DNA of 64,000 nt, taken from the NCBI GenBank assembly GCA_027494165.1, contig JAOSJM010000008.1, positions 10,217-74,216 of the forward strand, written 5' to 3'. This document shows, piece by piece, positions 49,514-57,997 of the stretch (position 1 is the stretch's first letter; each line of letters starts with the position of its first letter). Position numbers and translations under genes: made by a program. Below the pieces are notes generated by a model. The model was given only the letters and a program-made list of their open reading frames with translations, did not search any database and was not told the origin of the DNA. The DNA comes from Acidimicrobiia bacterium. Its GTDB lineage: Bacteria; Actinomycetota; Acidimicrobiia; IMCC26256; JAOSJM01.

Positions 49514-50701
49514 ATGGCGGGGACGTGCGGCTGGACCGCACCGGGCTTCGAGGGCGTGCGCGAGGCCTTCGAGGCGAACTTCGCCGCCGGCCTGGAGGTC
49601 GGCGCGGCCTTCGCCGCCTACCACCGGGGCCGGAAGGTCGTCGACCTGTGGGGCGGCGTCGCCGACGTCGAGACCGGCCGCCCCTGGGAGGAGGACGCGA
49701 TCATCCTCGTGTTCTCCACGACCAAGGGCGTCACCGCCGTCTGCGCCAACAAGCTGGCCCAGGAGGGCCGGCTCGACCCCGAGGCCCCGGTGGTCCGCTA
49801 CTGGCCCGGGTTCGGCCGCAACGGCAAGGAGGACATCCCCGTCGGCTACCTGCTCTCCCACCAGGCCGGCCTCGCCTGGGTCGACGGCGAGCTGACCGCC
49901 GAGGAGGCCCTCTCCTGGGAGCCGGTGATCGAGGCGCTCGAGAACCAGCACCCCAACTGGAAGCCGGGCACCCAGCACGGGTACCACGCCACCACGTTCG
50001 GCTGGCTGGTCGGCGAGCTCATCCGTAGGGTCGACGGGCGCCGCGTCGGCACCTACCTGCGCGAGGAGATCGCCGGCCCGCTCGGCCTCGACCTGTGGAT
50101 CGGGCTCCCCGAGGAGCAGGAGCCGAGGGTGGCGAGGCTCATCAGCATGCTGCCCGAGAGCGTGAGCGTCGACAGCCTCGCCGAGCCGGGCGACGACCCG
50201 GTCCTGTCGATGATGGCGCAGTTCCTCGGGCCCCGGACGGCGCTGGGACGGGCCCTCTTCGCCCCGGGTGGGGCGCTCACCGACCAGGCGATCTGGAACT
50301 CGCGGGCGATGCGGGCCGCCGAGGTGCCCTCCGCCAACGGCGTCACCGACGCCCGCTCCCTCGCCCGCCTCTACGCGGCGTGCATCGGCGAGGTCGACGG
50401 CATCCGCGTCCTCACCCCCGAGCAGGTCCGGCAGGCGACCGTCCAGCGCACCGAGGGCCCCAACACCGTCCTGCTCGACATGGACATCCAGTTCGGCCTC
50501 GGCTTCATGGTCCGGTCGAGCGCGGTCTCCGTGGGGGGCGCGGGCTCCTTCGGCCACTTCGGCGCCGGCGGGTCGATGGGCTGGGCCGACCCCGGCGCCG
50601 AGCTGGCCTTCGGTTACGTCATGAACCGGATGGACATCGGGCTCGCCGGCGACCAGCGCAGCTTCAACCTCGTGCGGGCCTGCTACGCCGCCCTCCGCTG
50701 A
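49514..50701 (+). CDS. Serine hydrolase of the beta-lactamase/class C esterase (EstB/LovD-like) family
   Basis: 395 aa with the S-x-x-K nucleophile motif FSTTKGVTAV, YHATTFGWLVGEL and a C-terminal HFGAGGSMGWADP. Confidence 0.9.
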   Translation: MAGTCGWTAPGFEGVREAFEANFAAGLEVGAAFAAYHRGRKVVDLWGGVADVETGRPWEEDAIILVFSTTKGVTAVCANKLAQEGRLDPEAPVVRYWPGFGRNGKEDIPVGYLLSHQAGLAWVDGELTAEEALSWEPVIEALENQHPNWKPGTQHGYHATTFGWLVGELIRRVDGRRVGTYLREEIAGPLGLDLWIGLPEEQEPRVARLISMLPESVSVDSLAEPGDDPVLSMMAQFLGPRTALGRALFAPGGALTDQAIWNSRAMRAAEVPSANGVTDARSLARLYAACIGEVDGIRVLTPEQVRQATVQRTEGPNTVLLDMDIQFGLGFMVRSSAVSVGGAGSFGHFGAGGSMGWADPGAELAFGYVMNRMDIGLAGDQRSFNLVRACYAALR

Positions 50702-50762
50702 CCGGCATCCCCGGTCAGAGCCCGCGGCGCTCGGGCCCGGCCCGGCTACCGTGGGGGCCCTC

Positions 50763-50836
50763 GCGGGTGTAGCTCAATGGCAGAGCCCCAGCCTTCCAAG
50801 CTGGTGATGCGGGTTCGATTCCCGTCACCCGCTCCA
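50763..50836 (+). tRNA. tRNA-Gly (anticodon UCC), CCA encoded
   Basis: Manual fold: GCGGGTG-TA-GCTC-AATGGC-AGAGC-C-CCAGC-CTTCCAA-GCTGG-TGAT-GCGGG-TTCGATT-CCCGT-CACCCGC-T-CCA. Confidence 0.9.
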
Positions 50837-50924
50837 AGCGTGGGGCACCCAGGGGTCCCGAGCACGGAACCCGCTCGCGCGCGTACGCTTCGGACGGCGC
50901 GCGGCGTGCGCGCCGGAGGGCGCG

Positions 50925-51371
50925 ATGCGGCGAGAGGCATCGGTGGAGATCGCGGCGACGCCCGAGGTGGTCTACGACCTCGTGAGCGACGTGACGCGCA
51001 TGGGCCAGTGGAGCCCCGAGACGATCGCCGCCGAGTGGATCCCACCGGCGGACGGGCCGGCGGTCGGCGCACGCTTCCGCGGCCGCAACAAGCGGTTCGG
51101 GTTCGTCACCTGGTCCACCAAGCCCACGGTCGTCGCGGCCGACCGCGGCGTGGAGTTCGCGTTCGACACCGGCGCGACCGTCTGGCGGTACACGTTCGCA
51201 CCGATCGAGGGTGGGACGCGTGTGACCGAGTCCTTCGAGACCCACGGAGACGGCGCGCGCATCGACTGGCTCTACCGAGCCCTGCGCCGCGACCGCAACC
51301 TCGTCGCCGGCATGACGACGACGCTCGCCCGGCTGAAGGACGCGGCCGAGCGCGACGCCGGCTCCGGCTGA
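50925..51371 (+). CDS. SRPBCC-superfamily (polyketide cyclase/dehydrase-like) protein
   Basis: 148 aa: ASVEIAATPEVVYDLVSDVTRMGQWSPE..RFRGRNK..VWRYTFAPIEGGTRVTESFE. Confidence 0.8.
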   Translation: MRREASVEIAATPEVVYDLVSDVTRMGQWSPETIAAEWIPPADGPAVGARFRGRNKRFGFVTWSTKPTVVAADRGVEFAFDTGATVWRYTFAPIEGGTRVTESFETHGDGARIDWLYRALRRDRNLVAGMTTTLARLKDAAERDAGSG

Positions 51372-51580
51372 CGCCCCGCCCGCCCGTCACACGTCCACCC
51401 CCGACAGCGGTCGGATCGACCCCGTTCTCGCGCGCGGCGATGGGCCCCGAGCACGGCTGCCGGCGCGAGCGAGTCGCGGTCGACGGCGACGATGAGCGCG
51501 CCCTCGACGTCGACGAGCGCCTGGCCGTCGAACCTGCGAACATGCCGGACACATGGCCCGGTTCGAGGCTCGCCCCCTCT

Positions 51581-51624
51581 GCGTTCCGAGCTGGTGATGC
51601 GGGCCCGGTTCCCCTCACCTGCTC
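51581..51624 (+). repeat. Degenerate direct copy of the tRNA-Gly 3' half (att-like scar)
   Basis: Ungapped alignment of 51581-51624 with tRNA positions 50791-50834 gives 37 of 44 identical bases (anticodon loop through the acceptor 3' strand), counted by hand. Confidence 0.6.
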
Positions 51625-51631
51625 TTCCGCC

Positions 51632-53854
51632 ATGACCGAGCACGAACCCGTCGCCCGCGCATCGGGGCGTGGCGCCGCTCGCCGCCGGTCGAGCCGCGCG
51701 CTGGTCGGTCTCGGATCGCTCGCGCTGCTGCTCACCCTGGTGTTCGGCTGGGCGGCCGACACCGTCTTCGACAGCCGCGAGTTCGCCGACCGGGCGGTCG
51801 CCGCGCTCGACGACGACGAGGTCGCCCGGCTGGTCTCCGAGAAGCTGACCGACCAGATCGTGGCCAGGGGCCCGGAAGACCTGCTGTCGGTCCAGCCGGT
51901 CGTCGAGGCCGTCACGCTCGGAGTGCTGCGGTCGAGCGCGTTCCGGGGCGTGGCCCGGGCGGCCGTGGCGGACCTCCACCAGGCGTTCTTCTCCGAGGGC
52001 CGCGACTCGGTCGTGCTCGACCTCGCCGACGTCGTCACCACGGTCCTCCTGCGGCTCCAGGAGGCGAACCCCGACGTCGCCGCCCGGATCCCCGACGACG
52101 TCCGGGCCGGGGCCCTGCGGGTCTCCGACCGCAGCTTCGCCACCGAGACCCTGCAGCTGGCGGAGAGGACCCGGGCGCTGGCGGTGCTCTTCCCGGTGCT
52201 GACGCTGCTGCTCTGGGCCGGCGCGATCGCGCTGGCCCGAGACCGCCGCGACGCCGTCTCCCTGATCGGCTTCTCCGCGGTCGGGGTGTCGTTGCTCGCA
52301 CTCCTGATCCTGGCCGTCGCGCACCGGCTGCTGCAGCGCTCCGCCGAGACGGCCGGGGCCCGGGAGGTGACGGACGTCGTCTGGGCGAGCTTCACCCAGC
52401 CGCTCCGGTCGACCGTCGTCGTCGTCGGCGTGCTCGGCGCCCTCGTCGCGGCCGTGGCGGTGGCGTTGGTGAAGCCCGTCCCGGTCGCCGAGCGGCTCCG
52501 GACGCTCGGGGCCCGGCTGGCCCGGCCGCCCGCGTCCGAGCCGGCGGGGGCCGCCTGGGCCGCGGCGGCGATCGGCCTCGGCCTCCTCGTCGTCCTCCAG
52601 TGGCAGCTGGCCGTGCAGCTGGCCGCGTGGGCGATCGGCTTCTCGCTCCTCATCGCCGGGCTCAACGAGATCATCCGGCTCACCGGCATCGGCCAGGTGC
52701 CGGGCCTCTCGCCCGAGGAGCTCCGGAGGGCGCAGCTGACGCACGCCCGCATCCGGACCCGGCGGCTGATCCGGGGCGGAGTGCTCGTCGGACTCGTGCT
52801 CGTGGTGGGCGGGCTCGGCTTCGCGCTGTGGCGCTCGATCACGAGCGGCCCGTCCCCGGCGGTGGCGATCGCGGGAGGGTGCAACGGCCACGAGGAGCTG
52901 TGCGGCAGGCGCCTGGACCGGGTGGCGCTGGCCTCGACCCACAACTCCATGGCCGCGGCCAACTACCGGACCTGGCTCTTCGCCGAGCACGTCGGCACCA
53001 TCGAGGAGCAGCTCGAGGACGGCATCCGAGGCCTGCTCATCGACACGTGGTACGGATCCCCCACGGACCGGGGCACCGTGGCGACCGACTTCGACGGAGG
53101 GAGGTCCCGCGAGGAGCTCGTCGAGCTGTACGGCGAGACCACGATCGATGCGGCCGAACGGGTCTCGGGCCGTCTCGGGGCCGACCTCCAGACCCGCGAG
53201 ATCTTCCTCTGCCACAACCTCTGCGAGCTCGGTGCCGTCCCGTTCGTCGAGACGTTGGCCAACCTGCGGTCGTTCCTGGACGAGCACCCGGGCGAGGTCG
53301 TCGTGGTCTTCGTCCAGGACCAGACCGACGCCGGCGACGTGGCTCGGGACTTCGAGCGGAGCGGTCTGGTCGAGCTGGTGTGGGACGAGCTCGACAAGGC
53401 GGCCATGGCCGACGACGTGACGTCGGTGGTGTTCCCCACCCTCGGCGAGATGGTCGAGAAGAACAAGCGGGTGCTCGTCATGGCCGAGAACGACAGCGGT
53501 GACGTGCCCTGGTACTACGACGGGTTCACCCTGACCCAGGAGACGCCGTTCGGCTTCAGGAGCCTCGACCAGCTCGGGGACCTCGCGAGCTGCGACGAGA
53601 ACCGCGGGCTGTCCGACAGCCCGCTCTTCCAGCTCAACCACTGGGTGACCACCGACCCGCCCACCCCGTCCGTGGCGGCCCTGGCCAACGACTACGACAC
53701 GCTCTTCGACCGGGCGATCCGCTGCGGCCAGGCGCGCAGCCTGGTCCCCAACCTCGTCGCGGTGGACTTCTACGAGCAGGGCGACCTGTTCGCCGTGGTC
53801 GACACCCTCAACGGCGTCCGCACGGAGGCCGAGGGGGACCCCACGCCGGAGTGA
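51632..53854 (+). CDS. Polytopic membrane protein with C-terminal PI-PLC X-domain-like (PLC-like phosphodiesterase TIM barrel) domain
   Basis: 740 aa from ATG 51632. The N-terminal ~400 aa has several TM segments. The C-terminal part reads ..CNGHEELCGRRLDRVALASTHNSMAA..GIRGLLIDTWYG..IFLCHNLCELG..VVVVFVQDQ..LNHWV. Confidence 0.75.
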   Translation: MTEHEPVARASGRGAARRRSSRALVGLGSLALLLTLVFGWAADTVFDSREFADRAVAALDDDEVARLVSEKLTDQIVARGPEDLLSVQPVVEAVTLGVLRSSAFRGVARAAVADLHQAFFSEGRDSVVLDLADVVTTVLLRLQEANPDVAARIPDDVRAGALRVSDRSFATETLQLAERTRALAVLFPVLTLLLWAGAIALARDRRDAVSLIGFSAVGVSLLALLILAVAHRLLQRSAETAGAREVTDVVWASFTQPLRSTVVVVGVLGALVAAVAVALVKPVPVAERLRTLGARLARPPASEPAGAAWAAAAIGLGLLVVLQWQLAVQLAAWAIGFSLLIAGLNEIIRLTGIGQVPGLSPEELRRAQLTHARIRTRRLIRGGVLVGLVLVVGGLGFALWRSITSGPSPAVAIAGGCNGHEELCGRRLDRVALASTHNSMAAANYRTWLFAEHVGTIEEQLEDGIRGLLIDTWYGSPTDRGTVATDFDGGRSREELVELYGETTIDAAERVSGRLGADLQTREIFLCHNLCELGAVPFVETLANLRSFLDEHPGEVVVVFVQDQTDAGDVARDFERSGLVELVWDELDKAAMADDVTSVVFPTLGEMVEKNKRVLVMAENDSGDVPWYYDGFTLTQETPFGFRSLDQLGDLASCDENRGLSDSPLFQLNHWVTTDPPTPSVAALANDYDTLFDRAIRCGQARSLVPNLVAVDFYEQGDLFAVVDTLNGVRTEAEGDPTPE

Positions 53855-53906
53855 CGTCCAACGGAGCACGTCGACCTCGCGAAGGGCGTGGTTCCCGACC
53901 TCCGGC

Positions 53907-53935
53907 TTGACATCGAACGTGTGTTCGGATATGGT
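53907..53935 (+). promoter_or_regulatory. Sigma-70-type promoter candidate: TTGACA, 17 nt, TATGGT
   Basis: The exact -35 consensus TTGACA (53907-53912), a 17-nt spacer and TATGGT (53930-53935) lie about 95 nt upstream of the HNH gene ATG. This stands out in a very GC-rich context. Confidence 0.45.
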
Positions 53936-54031
53936 GGGTGGACCGCTTCGTGGCCGGGCGTCGAACGGCCTCCTCGCATCCGATGGCACTCGCCGCCACA
54001 GGGCGGCGGAGCCGACCGTGAGGAAGGTCCG

Positions 54032-55279
54032 ATGCGCCCATCTGCTCCCCGATCCGCCACCCGTGCGGTCGAGCGACGCGAGTCGCCACGGGAGGAGCTG
54101 GCTGCGCTGGCGGGACGGGCCGAGGAGGTGCTCGCGGTGGTTGCCGCCGAGCGTCTCGAGGGCGAGGAGGCCCTGACGGTGCTCGCCTGGGCGTCACGGC
54201 TTCGCCGGGTGGGTGCCGCGCTGGAGGTGCTGGCGGCCCGTCGCGTCGAGGAGCTGGGTCTCTACCGGCGTAGCGGGCACCGCTCGACGGCGGACTTGAT
54301 CGCGACCCGGTCGGGGACGTCGCGGGTCCGGGCCGAGGAGGTCGTCGAGACCGCCAAGGCGCTGGGCTCCTGTCCACAGACCGAGCAGGCGCTGGTCTCG
54401 GGAACGGTGTCGGGCGAGCAGGCCCGCGCCGTCACGGCGGCTGCGGCGGTCGTGCCCGAGGCCGAGGCCGACCTGCTGGCCCTGGCCGGTACCGAGTCCC
54501 TGCGGACCTTGCAGGAACGCGCCCGCGACGTGCGTCTCGAGGCCGAGGTCGACCGGTTGGGTCGGTACCGCCGTCAGCACGCGGCGCGCAGCCTGGTCCA
54601 CGGCCGTGACGACGAGGGCATGGTCTGGGGCCGGTTCCGTCTCCCGCCCGACCTCGGCGCTGCGGTGGTCAACCGGCTCGAGCACCAGGCCGACGCCGAG
54701 CACCGGACCGCCCACCGGGAAGGACGGCGGGAGGGCCACGACCGCCACCTCGCCGACGCGCTCGTGAGCCTCCTCACCTCGGCCGGCGAGGCGGACCCTG
54801 CGGTCCGGGCCGCTCCCCGGTCCGACGTCGTGGTCCACGTCTCCTACGAGGCCCTGCGCCGCGGTCGCGTCGAGCCCGGTGAGATGTGCACCGTCCAGGG
54901 CGTCGGGCCGATCCCCGTCGAGCGGGCCCGGCAGCTCATGGACGACGCCTTCCTCAAGGGGGTGCTCGTGGAGGGCACCCGGGTCGGGGCGGTCCGCCAC
55001 TTCGGTCGGCGCGTCCCCGCCGAGCTGCGCACCGCGCTCGAGGTCCGATCGATCCTCGAGCACGGTGACATCGTCTGCTCGGTTCCGGGTTGCGGCCGCC
55101 GGGCCGGCATCGAATGGGACCACCGGGAGCCGCACGCCAACGGCGGCGCCACCAGCTACGACAACACCCAGCCGTTGTGCGCGGAGCACCACGGGCAGAA
55201 GACCGCTCGCGACAAGGCCCGACCCGGCCGTCGGAGCACCCGCAGCGCCCGTGCGGGCCCGGGCCCCGACCCGCCCTGA
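54032..55279 (+). CDS. HNH endonuclease-signature protein with DUF222-type N-terminal region (13E12-repeat-like family of actinobacteria)
   Basis: ATG 54032 follows GAGGAAGG. The long helical N-terminus reads (..LEVLAARRVEELGLYRRSGHRSTADLIA..). The C-terminal part reads CSVPGCGRRAGIEWDHREPHANGGATSYDNTQPLCAEHHGQKT (HNH). Confidence 0.85.
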   Translation: MRPSAPRSATRAVERRESPREELAALAGRAEEVLAVVAAERLEGEEALTVLAWASRLRRVGAALEVLAARRVEELGLYRRSGHRSTADLIATRSGTSRVRAEEVVETAKALGSCPQTEQALVSGTVSGEQARAVTAAAAVVPEAEADLLALAGTESLRTLQERARDVRLEAEVDRLGRYRRQHAARSLVHGRDDEGMVWGRFRLPPDLGAAVVNRLEHQADAEHRTAHREGRREGHDRHLADALVSLLTSAGEADPAVRAAPRSDVVVHVSYEALRRGRVEPGEMCTVQGVGPIPVERARQLMDDAFLKGVLVEGTRVGAVRHFGRRVPAELRTALEVRSILEHGDIVCSVPGCGRRAGIEWDHREPHANGGATSYDNTQPLCAEHHGQKTARDKARPGRRSTRSARAGPGPDPP

Positions 55280-55296
55280 GACACAGGACCTCACGT

Positions 55297-55343
55297 CCCG
55301 GGTGTCTCCACCGTCGCCCAGCGGGGGTGAACACACCCGAGAC
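55297..55343. repeat. Solo copy of the palindromic repeat family
   Basis: CCCGGGTGTCTCCACCGTCGCCCAGCGGGGGTGAACACACCCGAGAC, with the core at 55315-55323. It lies between the HNH stop and the Fur-family gene. Confidence 0.6.
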
Positions 55344-55425
55344 GACGGACCTCCCCCCGGGAAGCGGCACCAGGGCCGCGCCGGGAACGGTTCTCATCGA
55401 TTCCCGCTTCGGTAGATTGGGGGGT

Positions 55426-55863
55426 GTGGCCGCACCCGAGCTGCACGACGTCGTCTCGACCCGGCTGCGCTCGGCCGAGCAGCGATACACGCCGGGGCGC
55501 CGCCGGCTCGTCTCCCTCCTCGCCGGCGGCGGCGGGCCGATGACGATCCCCGAGGTCCTGGAGCGCGACGGGTCCCTGGCCCAGTCGAGCGTCTACCGCA
55601 ACCTCGGCGTGCTGGAGGAGGCCGGCGTCGTGGTCCGGATCGTCACCACCGACGACTTCGCCCGCTACGAGCTCGCCGAGGACCTCACCGAGCACCACCA
55701 CCACCTCGTCTGCTCGAGGTGCGGGAGCGTCGCCGACTTCTCCCTGGATCCCGACGTCGAGTCCGAGCTGGCACGCGTCCTGCGCCGGGCGGCCCGGAGG
55801 GCGTCCTTCACCATCGAGCACCACCGCCTCGACCTCGTCGGCGTCTGCGGCTCCTGCCGCTGA
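55426..55863 (+). CDS. Fur-family metalloregulator (Zur-like by context)
   Basis: ..YTPGRRRLVSLLAGGGGPMTIPEVL..SVYRNLGVLEEAGVV..HHHHLVCSRCGSV..VGVCGSC. It has a winged helix plus CxxC..CxxC structural Zn site. It sits next to a ZnuABC-type locus. Confidence 0.85.
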   Translation: MAAPELHDVVSTRLRSAEQRYTPGRRRLVSLLAGGGGPMTIPEVLERDGSLAQSSVYRNLGVLEEAGVVVRIVTTDDFARYELAEDLTEHHHHLVCSRCGSVADFSLDPDVESELARVLRRAARRASFTIEHHRLDLVGVCGSCR

Positions 55864-55905
55864 GCCCGCCCCGGGCCGCGCCCGGGACGCGGAGCTCGAC
55901 CCCGG

Positions 55906-56742
55906 TCAGGCCGCGGCGGCGCGCCGGAGAGCGTCGAGCAGCTGGCGGGCGAACAGCACCGCGAAGAAGATGCCCACCGACGACGCGGCCATCGTGGCCC
56001 CGGCGGCCGTGTCGGCGTGCCAGCTCACGAGCAGGCCCACCACCACCGCCAGCGAACCGAGGGCCACCGCGGTCGCCATCATCGCCGGGACCCGCCGGGC
56101 CAGCAGCGACGCCGCGGCCGGGGGCGCCACGATGAGGGCGAACACCAGCAGCGTGCCGACCGTGCGGAACGACGTGACGACCGCCCCGGTGAGCAGGGCG
56201 AGCAGCGCGAAGTGCGCGACGCCCGGTCGCAGACCGAGCAGCTTCGCCTTCTCCTCGTTGAACGACAGGGCCAGGAAGGCGCGGTAGCCGACCGCCACGA
56301 CCGCGAGGGTCACCGCGGCCGCGACGGCCTGGACCGCCACGTCGCCGCGCCGGATGCCCAGGGTGTCGCCGAAGAGGATCTCGGTGAGGCCGCTGGAGAA
56401 GTTCTCCTGCCTCGACATGATGATGACCCCGAGCGCGAGCATCCCGACGAACAGCAGGCCGATGCCGGTGTCCTCGCGCAGGCGGGCCTTCCGGTGGACG
56501 ACGTCGATGCCGACGATCATCACGAGGGCGGCCGCCACGGCGCCCAGCGTGAGGTTGACGCCCAGGGCGAAGGCCAGCGCGATGCCCGGGGTCACCCCGT
56601 GGGCCAGGGCGTCGCCCATGAAGCTCAGGCCCCGCAGCACCACCCACGTGCCCACGAGCGAGGTCGTGACGACGGCGAGCACCCCCGCCAGCAGCACCCG
56701 CTGCATGAACGGCTCCGAGAAGGGCTCCACCAACCAGTCCAC
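55906..56742 (-). CDS. Metal (Zn/Mn) ABC transporter permease, ABC-3 family (ZnuB/MntB-like)
   Basis: 278 aa: ..FMQRVLLAGVLAVVTTSLVGTWVVLRGLSFMGDALAHGVTPGIALAF.. with about 8 TM segments. Confidence 0.85.
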   Translation of the reverse strand: MDWLVEPFSEPFMQRVLLAGVLAVVTTSLVGTWVVLRGLSFMGDALAHGVTPGIALAFALGVNLTLGAVAAALVMIVGIDVVHRKARLREDTGIGLLFVGMLALGVIIMSRQENFSSGLTEILFGDTLGIRRGDVAVQAVAAAVTLAVVAVGYRAFLALSFNEEKAKLLGLRPGVAHFALLALLTGAVVTSFRTVGTLLVFALIVAPPAAASLLARRVPAMMATAVALGSLAVVVGLLVSWHADTAAGATMAASSVGIFFAVLFARQLLDALRRAAAA

Positions 56743-56759
56743 GTCGTCGTCCTCGCGCC

Positions 56760-57720
56760 TCAGCCGGTGAGACCCTCGACGATCAGCCGGGTCGTCGTGC
56801 GCATCATGCCGATGTACGTGTCGGTCTCGCTGCCCTCCTCGCCCAGTGACCCGGTGGGCAGCTCGATGACCTGCACGCCACGACCCGCGTCGGCGGCGAT
56901 CGCCTCGGCCAGACGGGTGGGCTCGGTCGTGGAGGCGAAGATGGCCGGTACGTCTTCCCTCTCGATGAGCTCGAGCAGCTCCGCGTACTGCCGGGCGCTC
57001 GTCTCGGACGCGGTGGTCGCGGCGGGGATCACGGTGCCCAGCATCTCCAGCCCGTAGCGATCGGCGTAGTAACCGTAGGCGAAGTGGTTCGTCACCAGCG
57101 CCCGTCGATCGGCGGGGATCGTCTCGATGAGGGCGGCGATCTCACGGTCGAGCTCGGCGAGCCGCTCCTGGTAGGCCTCGGCCCGGGCCGCGAAGTCACC
57201 CTCGGCCACCGCGGCCAGCTCGGCGGCGACGAGCCCCGCCGCTTCGATCATCCGGACCGGGTCCATCCAGACGTGCGGGTCGAGGCCACCGTCGTGATCG
57301 TGGTCGTCGGCGTCCGCCTCGGCGTGCTCCCCGTCCACGCCTGTGAACGGCTCCGGGCCGAGGAGGTCGCCGACCCGGAGCACGCGCACGCCGTCGTCCT
57401 CGGCCGACTCGATCGTGTCGAGGAGCCCCTCCTCCAGGTCGACGCCGTTGGCCACCACCAGGTCGGCGTCGCGGAGCCGGGCCGCCTGCCGGGCGGACGC
57501 CTCGTAGGTGTGGGGGTCCGCGCCGGTCGGCATGACCACCTCGACGAGGGCGTCGTCGCCGGCCACGTTCTCCACGACGTCGCCCAGGATCGTGGTCGTC
57601 ACGATCACGATCGGTCGCCCCCGGCCGCGCCGTCCCCCCGCCCCCGCAGCCCGCGATCAGCAGGACGCCGGCCAGCGCCGCCGCCGCGACCCGCGACACG
57701 GAGACGGTCACGCGGTCCAT
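56760..57720 (-). CDS. Metal ABC transporter substrate-binding lipoprotein (ZnuA/TroA family) with His/Asp-rich loop; 1-nt insertion as sequenced
   Basis: ATG 57720 follows GAGGAGAGGG. The lipobox is MDRVTVSVSRVAAAALAGVLLIAGC. After the C5 run 57618-57622 the reading joins ORF 56760..57608 (PIVIVTTTILGDVVENVAG..DPHTYE..EHAEADADDHDHDGGLDPHVWMDP..). Confidence 0.75.
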
Positions 57721-57849
57721 CGACCCTCTCCTCTCGGGTCCGCCCGGTTCCCCATCACTCGGTCCACTCCCCCGGTTCCCCGGCGCTGTCGCCCGGTGCG
57801 CTCCCCCGGGTGGCGGCGTCCGGCCGCCGGCCGGCCCGGGTACGCAATT

Positions 57850-57872
57850 CTCGGAATGATAGTCGTTCTCAG
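57850..57872. promoter_or_regulatory. Candidate Zur box in the divergent znuA / ABC-ATPase promoter region
   Basis: This is the only AT-rich patch in the intergenic region. GAATGATAGTCGTTC (57854-57868) approximates the AATGA-N3-TCATT core of actinobacterial Zur boxes, recalled from the literature, with one arm mismatch. Confidence 0.35.
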
Positions 57873-57997
57873 ATTCGCCGGCTCGGTCTCGCGGCGGACC
57901 GGAGGCTCCTCCCCCGGTGGTCGGGACCGGTCCGCCACCCCGGGCTGCGCCACCGCCGGCCACGGGCCGCACCGGGACCCGGCGGTATCCTCGGGCC

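Noticed and set aside
50837-51580. Intact integrative element or prophage at tRNA-Gly
   Set aside because: No integrase, excisionase or phage genes are present. The segment is only ~750 bp, so at most a decayed scar can be claimed.
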